From NCBI GenBank assembly GCA_003344405.1, contig NOWV01000280.1, forward strand, positions 48,039 through 68,038: 20,000 nucleotides of DNA, read 5' to 3'. Shown here piece by piece: positions 1 to 13,600 of the stretch (position 1 is its first letter; each line of letters starts with the position of its first letter). A program made the translations under genes and the position numbers. The notes under the pieces are model-generated. The model saw only the letters and a list, made by a program, of their open reading frames with translations. It was not told the DNA's origin and did not search any database. Source of the stretch: Trichoplax sp. H2. Lineage: Eukaryota.

Positions 1-1388
1 TCAAATATAATATCAGCACCAGATCATTCTATAACCATAACTATTAACATAACAGCTATTATAAAAATGATGAATAATTACAGGTGATTTCTTTAGCTAT
101 GGCTTACAAGCTGTTTAAATAGTTGATGAAAAGTACTCTTGGAATTTAAAAATTATAAATATTTGCAGGACGATCTCTAAATTTTTATGCACAAATTTGG
201 ATAGCATTAGCGAGATTGCTACACCTAAATGTTTTGTACTCTCGATATCGGATCAACTTGTTTTATGATGTATTTCAAAGGCATTTACCAATACAGTTAT
301 GGAAATCTTGCGGACGCTTTCGTAATCAATAAAACTATAAGAAATTGCTTGATATTAAGAAAGTACATTTTGTGATGTATACATTATTTTTATGACGCGC
401 TTAGCATCTACTTTAATATCAGTAATGTTTATAGTCTCCTTAACTGTACGTTTTGTGCTTAACTGTAGATACATAAACGACCCTTAATCTAGCATTAGGT
501 AGATTGAAATAGTAATTGCTAACTAGAATGTATTTATTACCTCGAATGAGGTTATAATTAAAATGACAGCTTCTAAGTTTAGATGAAATATCTTTGTAAC
601 ATAGAATAATATATATTTGTTAAACTGTGATAAGGAATCGCTTAATCTAATACTAGCAGGGTAAATTTAATACCATAGAAATAGACTGCATTTAATACGT
701 GATATTGAAAAGTCTTTAGTGTATCAACTTGATTCACTTCTAAAATACGAGGTGATTTACATAGTTAAATCGGTTTTAAGATGCTAAACTTAGGTAAGCT
801 TCAGTCGCACCATACATTAAGTACTGCAGACTGTGATTTCTAGCGAGATTGAAGCCCTTAATGTATTAAGTCTTAATTATATCTACATAGGAATATCAAC
901 TGACAGGTATTTCAATTTACGGTAGGATAGATTCAAAAACACATTCGTAACTTATATTGCAAGATAGGAATACTCCTAGATCGCAATGGTAATATCAGAT
1001 GATAATGCTATCTTTTCCAATTTATAAATTTTACAGGCTTACAGTTTTCAATTGGATTGTTGATAATTTACTTTACAATAGCGCTTTTTTAATACAAAAT
1101 ATTTAATGAAGTCACCTTTTATATCACATTTAAGATAACTAGATAAAATTTATATTGATCGATAATGTAGGTAATTTACACTTAAATTTTATAGGTTTAT
1201 GCTATTCATTTCACTCTGGTAATAGGATTTGTTTGAAGATCGATAATAAATACTTTTTTTTCTGCCTTATCTTGAAAATGGATTGCAATCTTTTTTTAGA
1301 TCTAAATAATTGCTTTACATTGACCCCTAGGTTAAGAATAATTTTACAAGCCAGATTAAAGACATTTCAATAGTAAAAATTTTTAAAA

Positions 1389-1394
1389 TTTATT
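1389..1394 (-). promoter_or_regulatory. Candidate polyadenylation signal AATAAA
   Basis: About 115 nt downstream of the stop codon. The motif is common in AT-rich DNA. Confidence 0.3.
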
Positions 1395-1508
1395 TAACGT
1401 ATTAAAATTAAATAAATAGTAGATAATACAATTTTACTTTCAGCTTAAAACAGCTAATTTCTATCGATTAACGCTCAACCACTAAATTTCCTTTTACAAC
1501 AGTAATAG

Positions 1509-1622
1509 TTATAATTTACTGCAGCTTACCCCTACTATTGCAATGGCCTCATGTCTTGTATCAAAAGCCTTACTTCTGATTATTTCTATGGAGGCTCTCA
1601 ATTCCTCAATTGTTTTATGCAA
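1509..1622 (-). CDS. Exon 17, probable terminal exon (LHKTIEELRASIEIIRSKAFDTRHEAIAIVGVSCSKL*)
   Basis: Acceptor ttgttag, heptad-like pattern, TAA at 1509-1511. An internal GTAAGC donor (exon ending at 1530) is an alternative end. Confidence 0.7.
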   Translation of the reverse strand: MHKTIEELRASIEIIRSKAFDTRHEAIAIVGVSCSKL

Positions 1623-4600
1623 CTAACAAATATCAACATCAAATATTTAGTTTAAAAGATTAGAGTGTTATTAAAAGAAAGATTTTTATCAGCAATATTT
1701 AATAAAAAATTTTAGGTATATTCTACTGAGGAAATGGTGGAACAATCTTTAACTAATTGAAATGACATTTTCTATTAAATCATCAACTTACTTCAATAAT
1801 TTCATCATCTTTTTCTTTTACAATGTCTTCAGTGTATCCTCCTGTCTGAGACTGCACTGTATTTGTCTAAATGAAGCATGAAAGTCTTTAGCTTATTCAG
1901 TAGTCTTAATATCAAGGGATTAATAAAATTTATGCTGATCATGCTGCAATTGCTGAATCAAGAAGACTATTTCCATTATTTTAGCATTCTAGTTTTATTG
2001 ATATTCAGTTCTTCACTTGTCAAAAAAGATACCAATATAATAATATTCTTCTAATATATAGTTTAAGTAGTCCTGAAATTTGACTTTCTTAGAGATTTAG
2101 ATATAGGTAGATTAAATGAATAGTCATTAAAATAATTGACTGCAGATTGAAAGTACTGTCTAACTCACTTTAAGCATGCTATAGTGATTACAAAATGTCA
2201 ATGTCACAAAACAGCTTTGCAACAAGATAACGCAATATACGATCAATAAGTCAATTCCTTGAACCACGTATCAAGGAACGATATCTGCACTATCACAAAC
2301 ACTTTTGCTCTACTAGCAGACTACACAAAGACTTAAATGCCTCGTATTTTACGTTAAACACTAAGTTGGACAATTCTTCTTTATTTCACGATATACTGCA
2401 TTTATATACTATTCCTCAATAGTTCATGAGTCATAGTTAATACAATTAACATTAGAATCATTTACTGAATTAGATATTAATTTTAGCTACTGCTCCCTTA
2501 ATGCAGACAACAGTATTTACGAACATAGGCATATAATGACTAATACAGAATAGTCAGATTACGATATGTCCTATCACGGAACATTTCCATGATAATTTAC
2601 AGTCTATCATAAGTAAATTACAATCACAATGATTCGAACTGTAAGCAGAGGATTTTCATTCCCTATTATAACTATTAATTTCAGTATGTGTATAAGTGTC
2701 ACTGTCATAAAAAGTCAGTGCTATATTAAAATACAGTATATCCAAATTGGAAGTTAACTAAATAAGGATAGTCTGATAGAATTATCCTAACATAGATATT
2801 TCTACTCTAATACAGTATATAACACTGTAACAGTCAATTACTTTAGAATTTGCTTACTATTGATAGCAATTACATGAACAAAAGCAGTACTTGCAAATGT
2901 ACTGCCAATGCAATTGCCGTAACAAATAAAGTAAAAAATAATCAGTTTGCCAAAGTTTGTAAAGAGGAAATTAATGCTAAGATTAGTAAATTGTGCACTA
3001 TGAGCCAAGTGCTGTCCATCTGAATATCTATGTATCGTACGACTNNNNNNNNNNNNNNNNNNNNTATAGTTTAAGTAGTCCTGAAATTTGACTTTCTTGG
3101 AGATTTAGTTATAGGTAGATTAAATGAATAGTCATTAAAATAATTGACTGCAGATTGAAAGTACTGTCTAACTCACTTTAAGCATGCTATAGTGATTACA
3201 AAATGTCAATTACTTTAGAATTTGCTTACTATTGATAACAATTACGTGAACAAAAGCAGTACTTGCAAATGTACTGCCAATGCAATTGCCGTAACAAATA
3301 AAGTAAAAAATAATCAGTTTGCCTAAGTTTGTAAAGAGGAAATTAATGCTAAGATTAGTAAATTGTGCACTATGAGCCAAGTGCTGTCCATCTGAATATC
3401 TATGTATCGTACGACTCAAAGGATGTTCTTCCCTACGTCTTTCTGCTATAGGACTCGATCGATTATCACCTAACATCAGAGGGCTCAAGTAAACCGTATG
3501 TCCCTCCTCAAATTAAATTATAAATCTAGATTATGATAAAAAAGAAGCTAATTTATAGTGTAATTACATAAGCATAACTGTTACTATCAGTACTTGGACA
3601 ATACGGTATAATAGGAGCAAGTAATTTTCTTTACAACGTATCTGAAATACTAAAAATGGTGTTATCAGAGAAAACTTATCTATGTTATCTATCTAAAATG
3701 TGAGAAGAAATCTTGTATAAAAAGTTAACTCGAAACATAAAAATACTTTATATATTATTCCAGATTCGTAATTATTTAATTGTATACTACAGCAAGCAAT
3801 AAATACTAGATAAGGTTACTTTTGAATAATAAAGTATTCACAGTACAGTAGAAAATTCTTGTTATAATTTTGTGCCACTAATCACTATTTGCAATGCTGT
3901 CTTTAAGACTATGTTTGCTTGATTAACAATATAACTATTCATTATTGACTTACGACTCCTCTCGATCTGATTGTCGATTTAGGTCGGTTTTCCAGAGTTC
4001 CAATCCGTGATAGTGATAATCCTTGCCGTTTAATTTTAGCAATCTTTTTTATTAAATAAAAATCACAAGTTACATTAATTACGCTTATTGGAGCATTTAT
4101 CACGGTAATTGTAAATACTGAACTTTGAAATCTACAACCTAAACTTGTAATCGATTCATTTATAAAGTAAAATCCGGCAATATTAGATATTATGTGCATG
4201 ATAATTGCAGGTGATCTAGTATTATTGCCAACAGCAAGCGACATGTTATACTACTTTAGTAATACTAGAATAGTTCCTTCAGTAATCTTGCCTTAGGTAT
4301 AAATATTAAGCATGTTGATCCAGTCGTTGACAGCAAAATAAAGGCAGATAGCATAGCAAATCGAATGGCAGACTGGCTAACAGCTAATCCCACAACAACT
4401 GCTGTTCCAGCGAAAACACTGACATTATAAATAGCTAAACCTATATACTTTGAGTCATTCGCAGCAGTAATGTAGATATTACGAGTTCTCCAAGCCAGCG
4501 ATAACCCAAAAGCTAACAGAACTCCGTTAATGCCTAACATAGTTATCTGCCATACAGCGGGCATTTTAGTCGAGCAAGTAATGCTGTTATGAATAATTAT

Positions 4601-7600
4601 TATATCGTCATTCAAGCTAGTTTCCTGGAAGTGACAGTTATTCAATATTTTAGTGCTACTAGTCGTAGCATATGATAAAAGTCTGTTTTCTCCTTACTAT
4701 TACGCCTAAGTAATAGAATCTTTATTGCAAGAAAGCCAGCAATTACACATTATAGTCCAATGAAATTACCTCCGTAGTATTACGTTCTATGATTCGAATC
4801 GGATCGATAACTGCTTGCACCGTTAGAATAACGATACCGACCAGGACTATCATAGCAATAAATAAATACAATTGCTGATTCGTAATAACCTGCAATTTTA
4901 AAAAGAAGTTATTTTATTTGGTGACACTTGAATCGCTTCCGTAAGGCTAAAACAGTCCAAAATGCATGTCATGGGCTATTTCAAATGCTAGCGATCAACT
5001 GGCACAAAAATGAATGCCAGACTGCCTTCAAATGATTGTTCTGGTCAACAGTGTTGTATGCTACCTTGCTTTTAGCACTTCTATTAGAAAAAATAACTTG
5101 CAAACGCCAAGTCTTGGTGAATAATGCACTAAATCCTGTCATAAACCCAAGTAAGAGTAACCATGTTCTAGCCTATAATTGTAGAAAATGATCGAATAAG
5201 TAAGTATATCTGCATCGATTATAAATCACTTTATAGCATTTTTAGAGAATAAATTTCTGCATTATGAAGCATTGATTATGCTAGTATTCGCATGTACTTA
5301 TTATTTTTATATTGAAAATTTTTTGATATACTCGTTTTATGTACTTGATACGATGCTAGTTTTGTTATGATACTGGCTTCATATTTCTGTATCTAATATT
5401 TTATAAATCAGGGATAACTTGATATTGATTGTTAAAGAGACTCACTTATGATATTTTAATGTCTACCAGTTTGGACAGACAAAAACTATTCTTTGTTAAT
5501 TTATTGGTTTATCTTGTTTACGTCTGTATAAGTGATAGCCTAGGAAATAACCGGTTTGTATCTCCCCAGAGTAGAATAGTAAAGGTATGTAAGGCTACGC
5601 GATTTAAGTGAAAGGATGTTCTCACTTTAGCAGCACAATTTCATAGCATGTGATGCCCATCCGCTATTGAGTCAGAGATATCAAAACTCTGATAGACTAA
5701 TAAAGAACCTTCGTAACTCATTAATAACTGAAAATGTTACAGTGTTATTGCGAAATAAATCTAATTTATTTTACCTCGAGTGAATTGTAACAATACTAAA
5801 ATTGGATAATTTAGTAATTATGTTAGGTTAAGTTTGCTGAGCTAATAATTTCACGAATCAAGCCACCTACCCAGCAAGCGGTTCGCAATAAGATCTTATT
5901 TGTACCAACCGATTCCGCATTCATACCAAGAAAGATAATGGATAGGTAACAGAATATGGCACTAACGGCAATGATATTATTGATATTTGGACTAGCTACT
6001 TTGATAATTCTGTTGATGTTATCGTATGAAAGTAAAAAGTCCGTAAATTTGAGGTAGTTGAAATTTTAATATACTGTGACCTATCAATGTATGGCATACT
6101 TGACTGACCTATTATTTCGATATAACATATTAAATGTCATAAAAAACAATGCCAGGGCTATGCCAAATCCAGATAGCACTACCATAGTAATATATAGGAA
6201 GAGTGGAACAGTATCTTTGTGAATTTTAATAGCTGGTAGATCAATTGGTGGTTTCCCGTCTGAAATAATATGCAAAATACAGTAACGGTTAAAATTGTTT
6301 ATCCTTAACCGAATAACGTTATCAAGGCCAGTTTGTGTAGTTGATGATTATACAGAATAATAATCAATATACTCATTGTGCTAGATAATAGTCCTTTAAG
6401 ATTAGGATTGCAATGAATGCTATTTGTTGCAAGTAGCTTATTCTATTTTCTTTTGAGCTTAATAATATATTCCGATATTGATTAATCTAAATACCGTACC
6501 TAGTAAGTGTACTAAAATAGCTTACCGTTAGTTCCCCAGCTAATGTTGACAGAATTATTCCACACTACATTGTCCGTTTCTGTATAGTATAATCCAATCT
6601 CGACATTCTTTCCCTCTGGTGCATTTAGTATAGGAAGCAAAATGTATTATCAATAAACATCATGCAATAAGGGTGTCCTTGATAACGGTAGAATTATTTT
6701 TGAAATTCATATCGTCAAATGGACTGCATACTAGTATTGTACTGAAAGCGTTCTTTCTTGCAGAATTATATCAAATTTCCGATATTACGCGACAAATAAA
6801 ATTAAGTTCTTGTACATGGCAAACTTAATATTAAAGATTGGAAGAACTATTACTACTTTTTCCATTGTAACATTTAAATTTTAATATTGTAAAATAGTCG
6901 AGTAATAGTTAAATAGATTATATTATAGAGCAAAGTATTAATGAATATCTCGCATATAAAACGTTGCTAACTGGTTTTGATTGTATTTTATAAGACAAGA
7001 AAGATGCGACTGGAATAGGTTACTTTAAAGATAGGAATACACGAAGATAATTGTGGAATAGTAGCAAGGAAATAAATTATTATACGTCGTTACTTTCTAG
7101 TCTTCTCAGCATTGCAACTCCTAATCGATCTCCTGCTTCAGTAAACGCGATTGGACCCTAAAATTAGCATAAAAAGGCTTATTTTTATATCGAGAATGAA
7201 GAATATATTAGCTACTGTTGCGATTAATGTTACGCTAATAACCAACTTGATTATACTTTTGTAATGAAACATTTGTCGTATGATACTAGTTATGAATTAT
7301 AAATTACTCATTTATTAAATATTCTTTTACTCATCATTCTAATCGTAATAGATTTCATGCTGAAAAACTTCCTTTAGTGACTACTTGAAGGTATAAGACT
7401 TTTGTATCGTATAAGTTCCTGCATGATTTTACATATGGTACCATTTTGTATTTAGTAATCTAGGTTAAATTTGAATCTTTTTGATTTTTTATCAATGAGT
7501 AACTTTACCGGTATACTATTTCGTGATATATCAGTAAATCAGTTTTGGAATGCATCAAGTATGAGAATTTTAAATATGGTTAGTGTATTAAAAAATGTTT

Positions 7601-10600
7601 ATCAGCACTGTTTAGTATCTTAATTGATTATCATACCGTCACACCATCAATTTTAGTTTTAGCCATTTCCGACCTGAAGATATCCAGGTACACTTTATCA
7701 TTATAATCGAATTCCTCTAAAGTCTTATTATTCTCTACTAGACGTTGCATAGAATTGTTAAGGGCTAAAGCTATAACCCAAGTTGCATCATATGTAAATC
7801 CAGCGAACTTTTTGCCTCCTAGAAATTCATGAAACTGGGGCTGTTGACGATATATGTCATAATCTTGTATCCATTCTCCAGGTGTCTATTTATGAATAAA
7901 AAGTTGAAAAGAATGTATCAGCTGCGATAAAAGTAATATTTACTCAATTTCAATATCTAACCAGGCCAGAAACTGTCGGTAGTTTGTTGGGCGATAGTGG
8001 TAATGGATCAGCAGAGAAAAATCCTTCCACCATACTATCCATAACAGCATCACTACATTCTACATTGCCAATAACAACTTTGCCACTATCGCGTCCTCTC
8101 CACCAGTAGGGTTGGGTGAACCAACCAGGGCCAATCCAAGTGTACTTTGGTGGAGTTAGACCCAGATGGTAAGCCTAAAGATATGCAGCGAAAGTAAATT
8201 ATTGCCGTGGTTTTATTACATCAAAGTTACATAGTAGAGAGAGGTTACTTTTGACTGTTTATAAAGTTGGAAAAATTTATTGTAATTTAATTTTCGAAAT
8301 CTCACTTACACGACATAATAGACGGCGGCCTGGCGAGGGGAAGAAACCGGTGTATATTATTCGAACAGAAGATTTCTACAAAAATTAAAGCATATTGTTA
8401 TTAATTGCGATAAAAGTAAAAGTCTGCAATTCATGAAGATGATACAATAGACTTTAATATGAGTCAGAATCGCTAAGAATTACTGCTATAATAACGGGTA
8501 GAATGCCAACGGCATTAGTTATAAATTCCAATCTACGTTTAATGTTTTATACGTATAGAAGGAAGAAACATGTTCTACTTCTTTTTTGACTGGGTAATTA
8601 TTGAGATCTACACATGAACGTGTAATCGATATTCATAGATCGATTGAAAATATGCGTTTTATGATGATTTCGTAGTTCAGATTGAGTTTTACGCGATATT
8701 TGAGTTAATGGCATGAATACTAGTGATGAGTTAAGTGATTCCATAGAGTTTGCTAGATTGCAATCAAACAAAGACGGTCATTATCAATCACTTAAAGAAA
8801 AATTTATTGCTTCAAGAATGAGAATAAATTGTAGATCGTCTAATTGTAATGAAAGAATAAGTCTCCTGCTATTACTACTGCTTCGCCTATGTAACCCAAA
8901 GTCTAGTCCTATTAGCTACCCTACTGTATTACTATAATTTGCTGTAATCATTACACTAGTGTTCTTCTATGTACAAGCATCTTTTAAAGTTATCTAATTA
9001 ATATTCCAAATACCGAAGCAAAAGCATGCTTACAGTTAGATTTTTAAATTGGCTAGTAACTACCGTATTTTTTATAATCGTAAAAGTCAAAAGCGTAGGA
9101 AGCCTAAATAACGAACTAGTTGTATATGGCCTATCTGTGCCTAATTATCTTATGTCCATGCTAACAAACGATGTTAATTTACTCTGAATACTTCCTAGTA
9201 TTAAATATTTCATAAATTATTTGTGATAAATGAACTGATATATTGTAATACTTAACTTGCTACTGAATATTTTAATTAGTTAGTATTACCGAAGATAAAG
9301 TAAACAAACTTCTGGACGTGTAATTAATTCTTATTGATAAGAAAAATGACACCAATACATATATACGCGTATATGCTTATAAATTACGCTTCATTTAAAT
9401 CAATAAATGTATTCTCGGAAATGTGAAGGAAAGCGATCATAATTGTACTATTTTAGGTTGGTCTTGCGTATGGAATTTATTATTCTCTCTTCACTTTCAC
9501 TATAGACTTTTATGAGCTTTAATTTAATTACTAACACATAAATAATAATTTTAATCTTTAAAAAGAGATGTAAAAGAAATTGCTGACAGTCACAAGTGCC
9601 GCCAATATCCTAATTTTAATCATTCCTATCATAACAGATTACAAGAGTAGCATTTATTGTATTCTAAATTTAGCATTACAATAGCACAAACCTTGATTAC
9701 ACTTAGTCCTTGCAACGGATCTTTATTTGTTTCAAATGTATATGAAACAACAATATTGATTCCAGATGAGTTGGCTATACTAATGATACGATCTGCTAGC
9801 TGAAATTATATTTGGAATCGAAATTGGTTATACGCTCTTGAATATCTCCAAAAATGACTTAATTTTTATATCAAGAGAATTAGTGAAGACTGAGATCTCT
9901 AATGTGCATAAAAGTGAAATAGATCACTAACTGATTTTTCGAGATCTAAATTCAAGATAAATATTTACTATTAAATTGTTACTAATTAATGGTATAGTGG
10001 GAATCTAAATAAGCATGATTATTAAAGAAAACTGTCTAAATTTGTATTCAGTAGTAGTAATAAATCAAGTATATAAGTATGCAGATTGGAATTAAAAGAT
10101 CGGCTCATTTTTTTAAAGACGATATAAATTTTCGTATTTTGTGCCAAATTAGTTTAGTAAATTGGTTTTATTGTGTATTTACTGCAAAGAAAATCACTTA
10201 TTTCATAGTTATAATTGAATGGAAGCTAAATCATTTTTTGATAAGGAAAGAACGTTAATTCATCAAGAATCGTACGGTAAATTATAATCAGGACCATACC
10301 GAGGTATACAAGTTGATTGATTCCACCATTACAGCGATATTTTTCCAGTTAAATCGTTTTAGGATAGAGAAATTAGGTTTGATTCGTTCATTTTCCGATG
10401 AACGCGTTCGAAAAAAATTAGGATAAAATTTTCGGTTGCTAAGTGCTGGTGATACTGATGCATAGGAAATCTATTGTTGAAATATAAATATTAAGTCAAG
10501 TCCTTACCTTGACTAGATATTAAACTTATAATCACTGTATTGATTATTTAGATTAAACTTTTCTCATCTGTTTTCTAAAATATACTTCTTTAGATAATAA

Positions 10601-13600
10601 ATAGCGCGATGTAAAATCTTGGATGTCAGCATTTAATGTCAATGATTGAAAATTATATACTAGGATATTAATATAAAAATATTGTTATAGCTATAGGATA
10701 TTCTATATATAGTAACATATATATCTTATCCGTAGCAATCAATTCGATATAACTACTATAATAGCGCGCAATATATTGAATAAAACTGTTTTGGTGAACA
10801 ATAATATGTAAATCCTATCCATTACAATAAATTCGAAATAAAAGTTATAATACATGTAGTATGTAATATATTGATTAAAAATTATTTTGATGAACAGTAG
10901 CTGATGACGAAACGATTCAATTGTATAAATTTGCGCTAATTGTGCTTCAACTTTATTAACGCTGTTACTGACAACTTTCAGCTATCTTCCAGTGGCATAT
11001 TAAGTTTGTAATTGGAGTTTAGACGAACAACAAATATCAATGATCAGAAATCTTAATAATTCCGTAAACATAAGCCTCAATCGTGGTAGTAGTGAGAATA
11101 CCACACATGACAATAAAGCATTGAAATCATTGCAGCTACCATGTATTAAATAATCTTTTAGCTGGTCAATATTTTAAGTACGTTATTGTGACAAAAGTTA
11201 AAAGACAGTAAGTCAATTTGAATACAGTATAGGGCAAATAAATTAATTTTTACATGCTTCTATTAGCCATGCTTACAGCTGATATGGTTTTAATATGTTC
11301 AACTATTACAATATAATTATTCTATCGCAGTAGCGTCAAAATTTGAATGAAAGCTCTACTAAAGGTTTTAATATATCTATACTAATACGTGCGTTGTTAA
11401 ATTATATTTGATTAAATTACAATATAGTCACAATAATCATGCATAATGCTGATAGAATCACCCATACGTATTATTTTCACCCAATTTGAGCCATTTAAGC
11501 AATAGTCTATAGCAATAAATGTACGGTATCAAGATTGAAACTATTTATTGCGATGGAAATTCGATCACGATTAAGTAGGACAGTAAGCCACAGTTCATAT
11601 ACTAAAGACGCAAGAATAAAGTTGAGCATATATCAAATTAACCTGAACAAGGTCGAATTCTCTGGAAGTTTGTGCCATTGGTTCGGTTACAGTGGAGCAA
11701 GCAGATCCCAATATCATAAGCTTCTTCGGAGGTGTACTCAATTGATGGAATAAGACCTTCATACCAGCACCAGCATTGCACTAAAATATTCGAGAATAAG
11801 CTCGTCACATTAACACAGTAAATCTTAATATAAAATCAATAAGACATAATTGTAGTTATTTTATTTCAGCTAATATCAAGCGAAAGCGTCGATAACTGTA
11901 TATCTTTGGAGTTGCTCCAAAACAAATTCAAAGTAATAATAATAATAATATTACAGCTCGTTGTTAACTGTGCTGAATTATTAGCTGGATATGCGATACT
12001 AATAGCATCAATAGAATGATTTAATTCATCATAAATCATTCGTATTACCGTTATTTTAAATATTAATCGGATTCATATGCGATAAAGAGCAGCAAAATAT
12101 TACAATGGATAGCTAAGATAACCCCCAAGATTAGCATAAGCTACGTTATAATCGCCTATATTTTGTTAATAAGTGTTGCAAGTTATCTTAAGATAGAGAA
12201 ATTATAATGACTAAAAAAATGATCTTTTTGGCCTTAATTTGTTAAATAAATTTCAAGCTACAGTATTGCTTTTTTATCTACTCCTGGTAGACCGAAAAAT
12301 TATAATATTAATAGAGATTAGAGATAATTAATAATTCTATTAGGTTGCAGGCTAATCGAGATCTTGAAACAAGAAATCAGCTTAAAAATTATATCCTGAA
12401 GGGAAAAATTCGAAACTGAAACGGTACAGCAAGTGCTTGCGCTAGCTAAAATTTTCTATGATGGTAATTTATTCAGTCATGGTAGAATCTTTCATTAAAA
12501 ATGTTAATCATTATTTCTTGAGCAAATCTTCATATAACACTGTGACAATAGCAAGCTCATTGAGTAAAATCTATTAATTAATAAAGTTATAGATGTTAAG
12601 GGGATTATTCATATATGAAAAGTGAGTTGAGTGACCAACTGAATGAGTGATACTAAGTTGAGCTAAAATAGCTAATAGAATAGTAGAATATGTATGTTGT
12701 TCAAAAGTTATCTGTACGATAAAAGGTAGACTAAAATCAGTTGCCGGTATATAAGTGTAGAAACAATTTTTGCAAAAGTAATTCCATTTTACATTATGTA
12801 AGGAAGTAGTTTTGCTGGATTGACGAAGGTAAAGAATGCCTATTTTGCATTATCTCGGTCTTGCTAAATACAAACTCGGATGCTTGTGTATTCAAATTTT
12901 ACAGTTCGAAAATCCTAGAAATATTTATCTTGGTGTTGAGGAGTTACTTTTGTATAGAAGTCGTGTCATAGTTTTTAGTTTTATAAAATAAGCATATCTA
13001 AGAATACATTGATAGAAAATTTATCAATGCTGTTTTTTATTTTCTATTAGAAAAGCTGCATAATTTTATAATTCATTTATGATCTAATTTTTAAATGTTC
13101 CTATACGTTCATTATAAATTGACCGATTTTTTTTAATAAAGCTTGAGTTCAGTTTTGTCGCGAAGAGACGTGACAAAACGTACAATTTGCTATAACCTCC
13201 TAATGATTGAGAGTTCGTTAGTATTAAGATTCGTGTTATAGGTAGTTGTCGGGAGGAAAAATCCGACAGTAGGTTCTTAGTAATAACAATTTTTGGTGGA
13301 AGTTTAATTTTTCTCGTCACAATTTCAATTTTTAACACTTGGTAAGGCTTAGTTGCTGAATATACATCTAGTTAACTGTTTCAGATCACTACGGTTCCAT
13401 GAAAATTTGATAACGTGCAGCATTTTCTACGATATATGTATCGTTGCAATCACTATTACTAAGCGATATTTGTGTTTTATCTGAAAGTGGATTGAAGAAA
13501 GTTAAATTAAATTGAAAAGAAGTAAGAATAGGCAGATAGTAACAGGTAATAACTGTATTTTCCGTAGTAATCATTTGAGATAGTTAGATTGGAAGGCTTT

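Noticed and set aside
3210..3488. 92-aa minus-strand ORF in intron 15 as an alternative terminal exon
   Set aside because: The nearby AG acceptors I checked give the wrong phase relative to the phase-0 exon 15 donor. There is no recognisable motif, and most of it lies in the duplicated intronic segment.
4044..4244. N-terminal part of ORF 3942..4244 as coding
   Set aside because: It lies inside the predicted GC-AG intron. Only 3954-4043 is bounded by usable splice sites.
5735..5792. 14-bp match (TGTTACAGTGTTAT) to the insertion end, with TGTAACA ending at 5792
   Set aside because: There is no TSD and no similarity beyond 14 bp, so a second element cannot be supported.
11535..11753. Plus-strand 72-aa ORF
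   Set aside because: It is largely the antisense shadow of exon 2.
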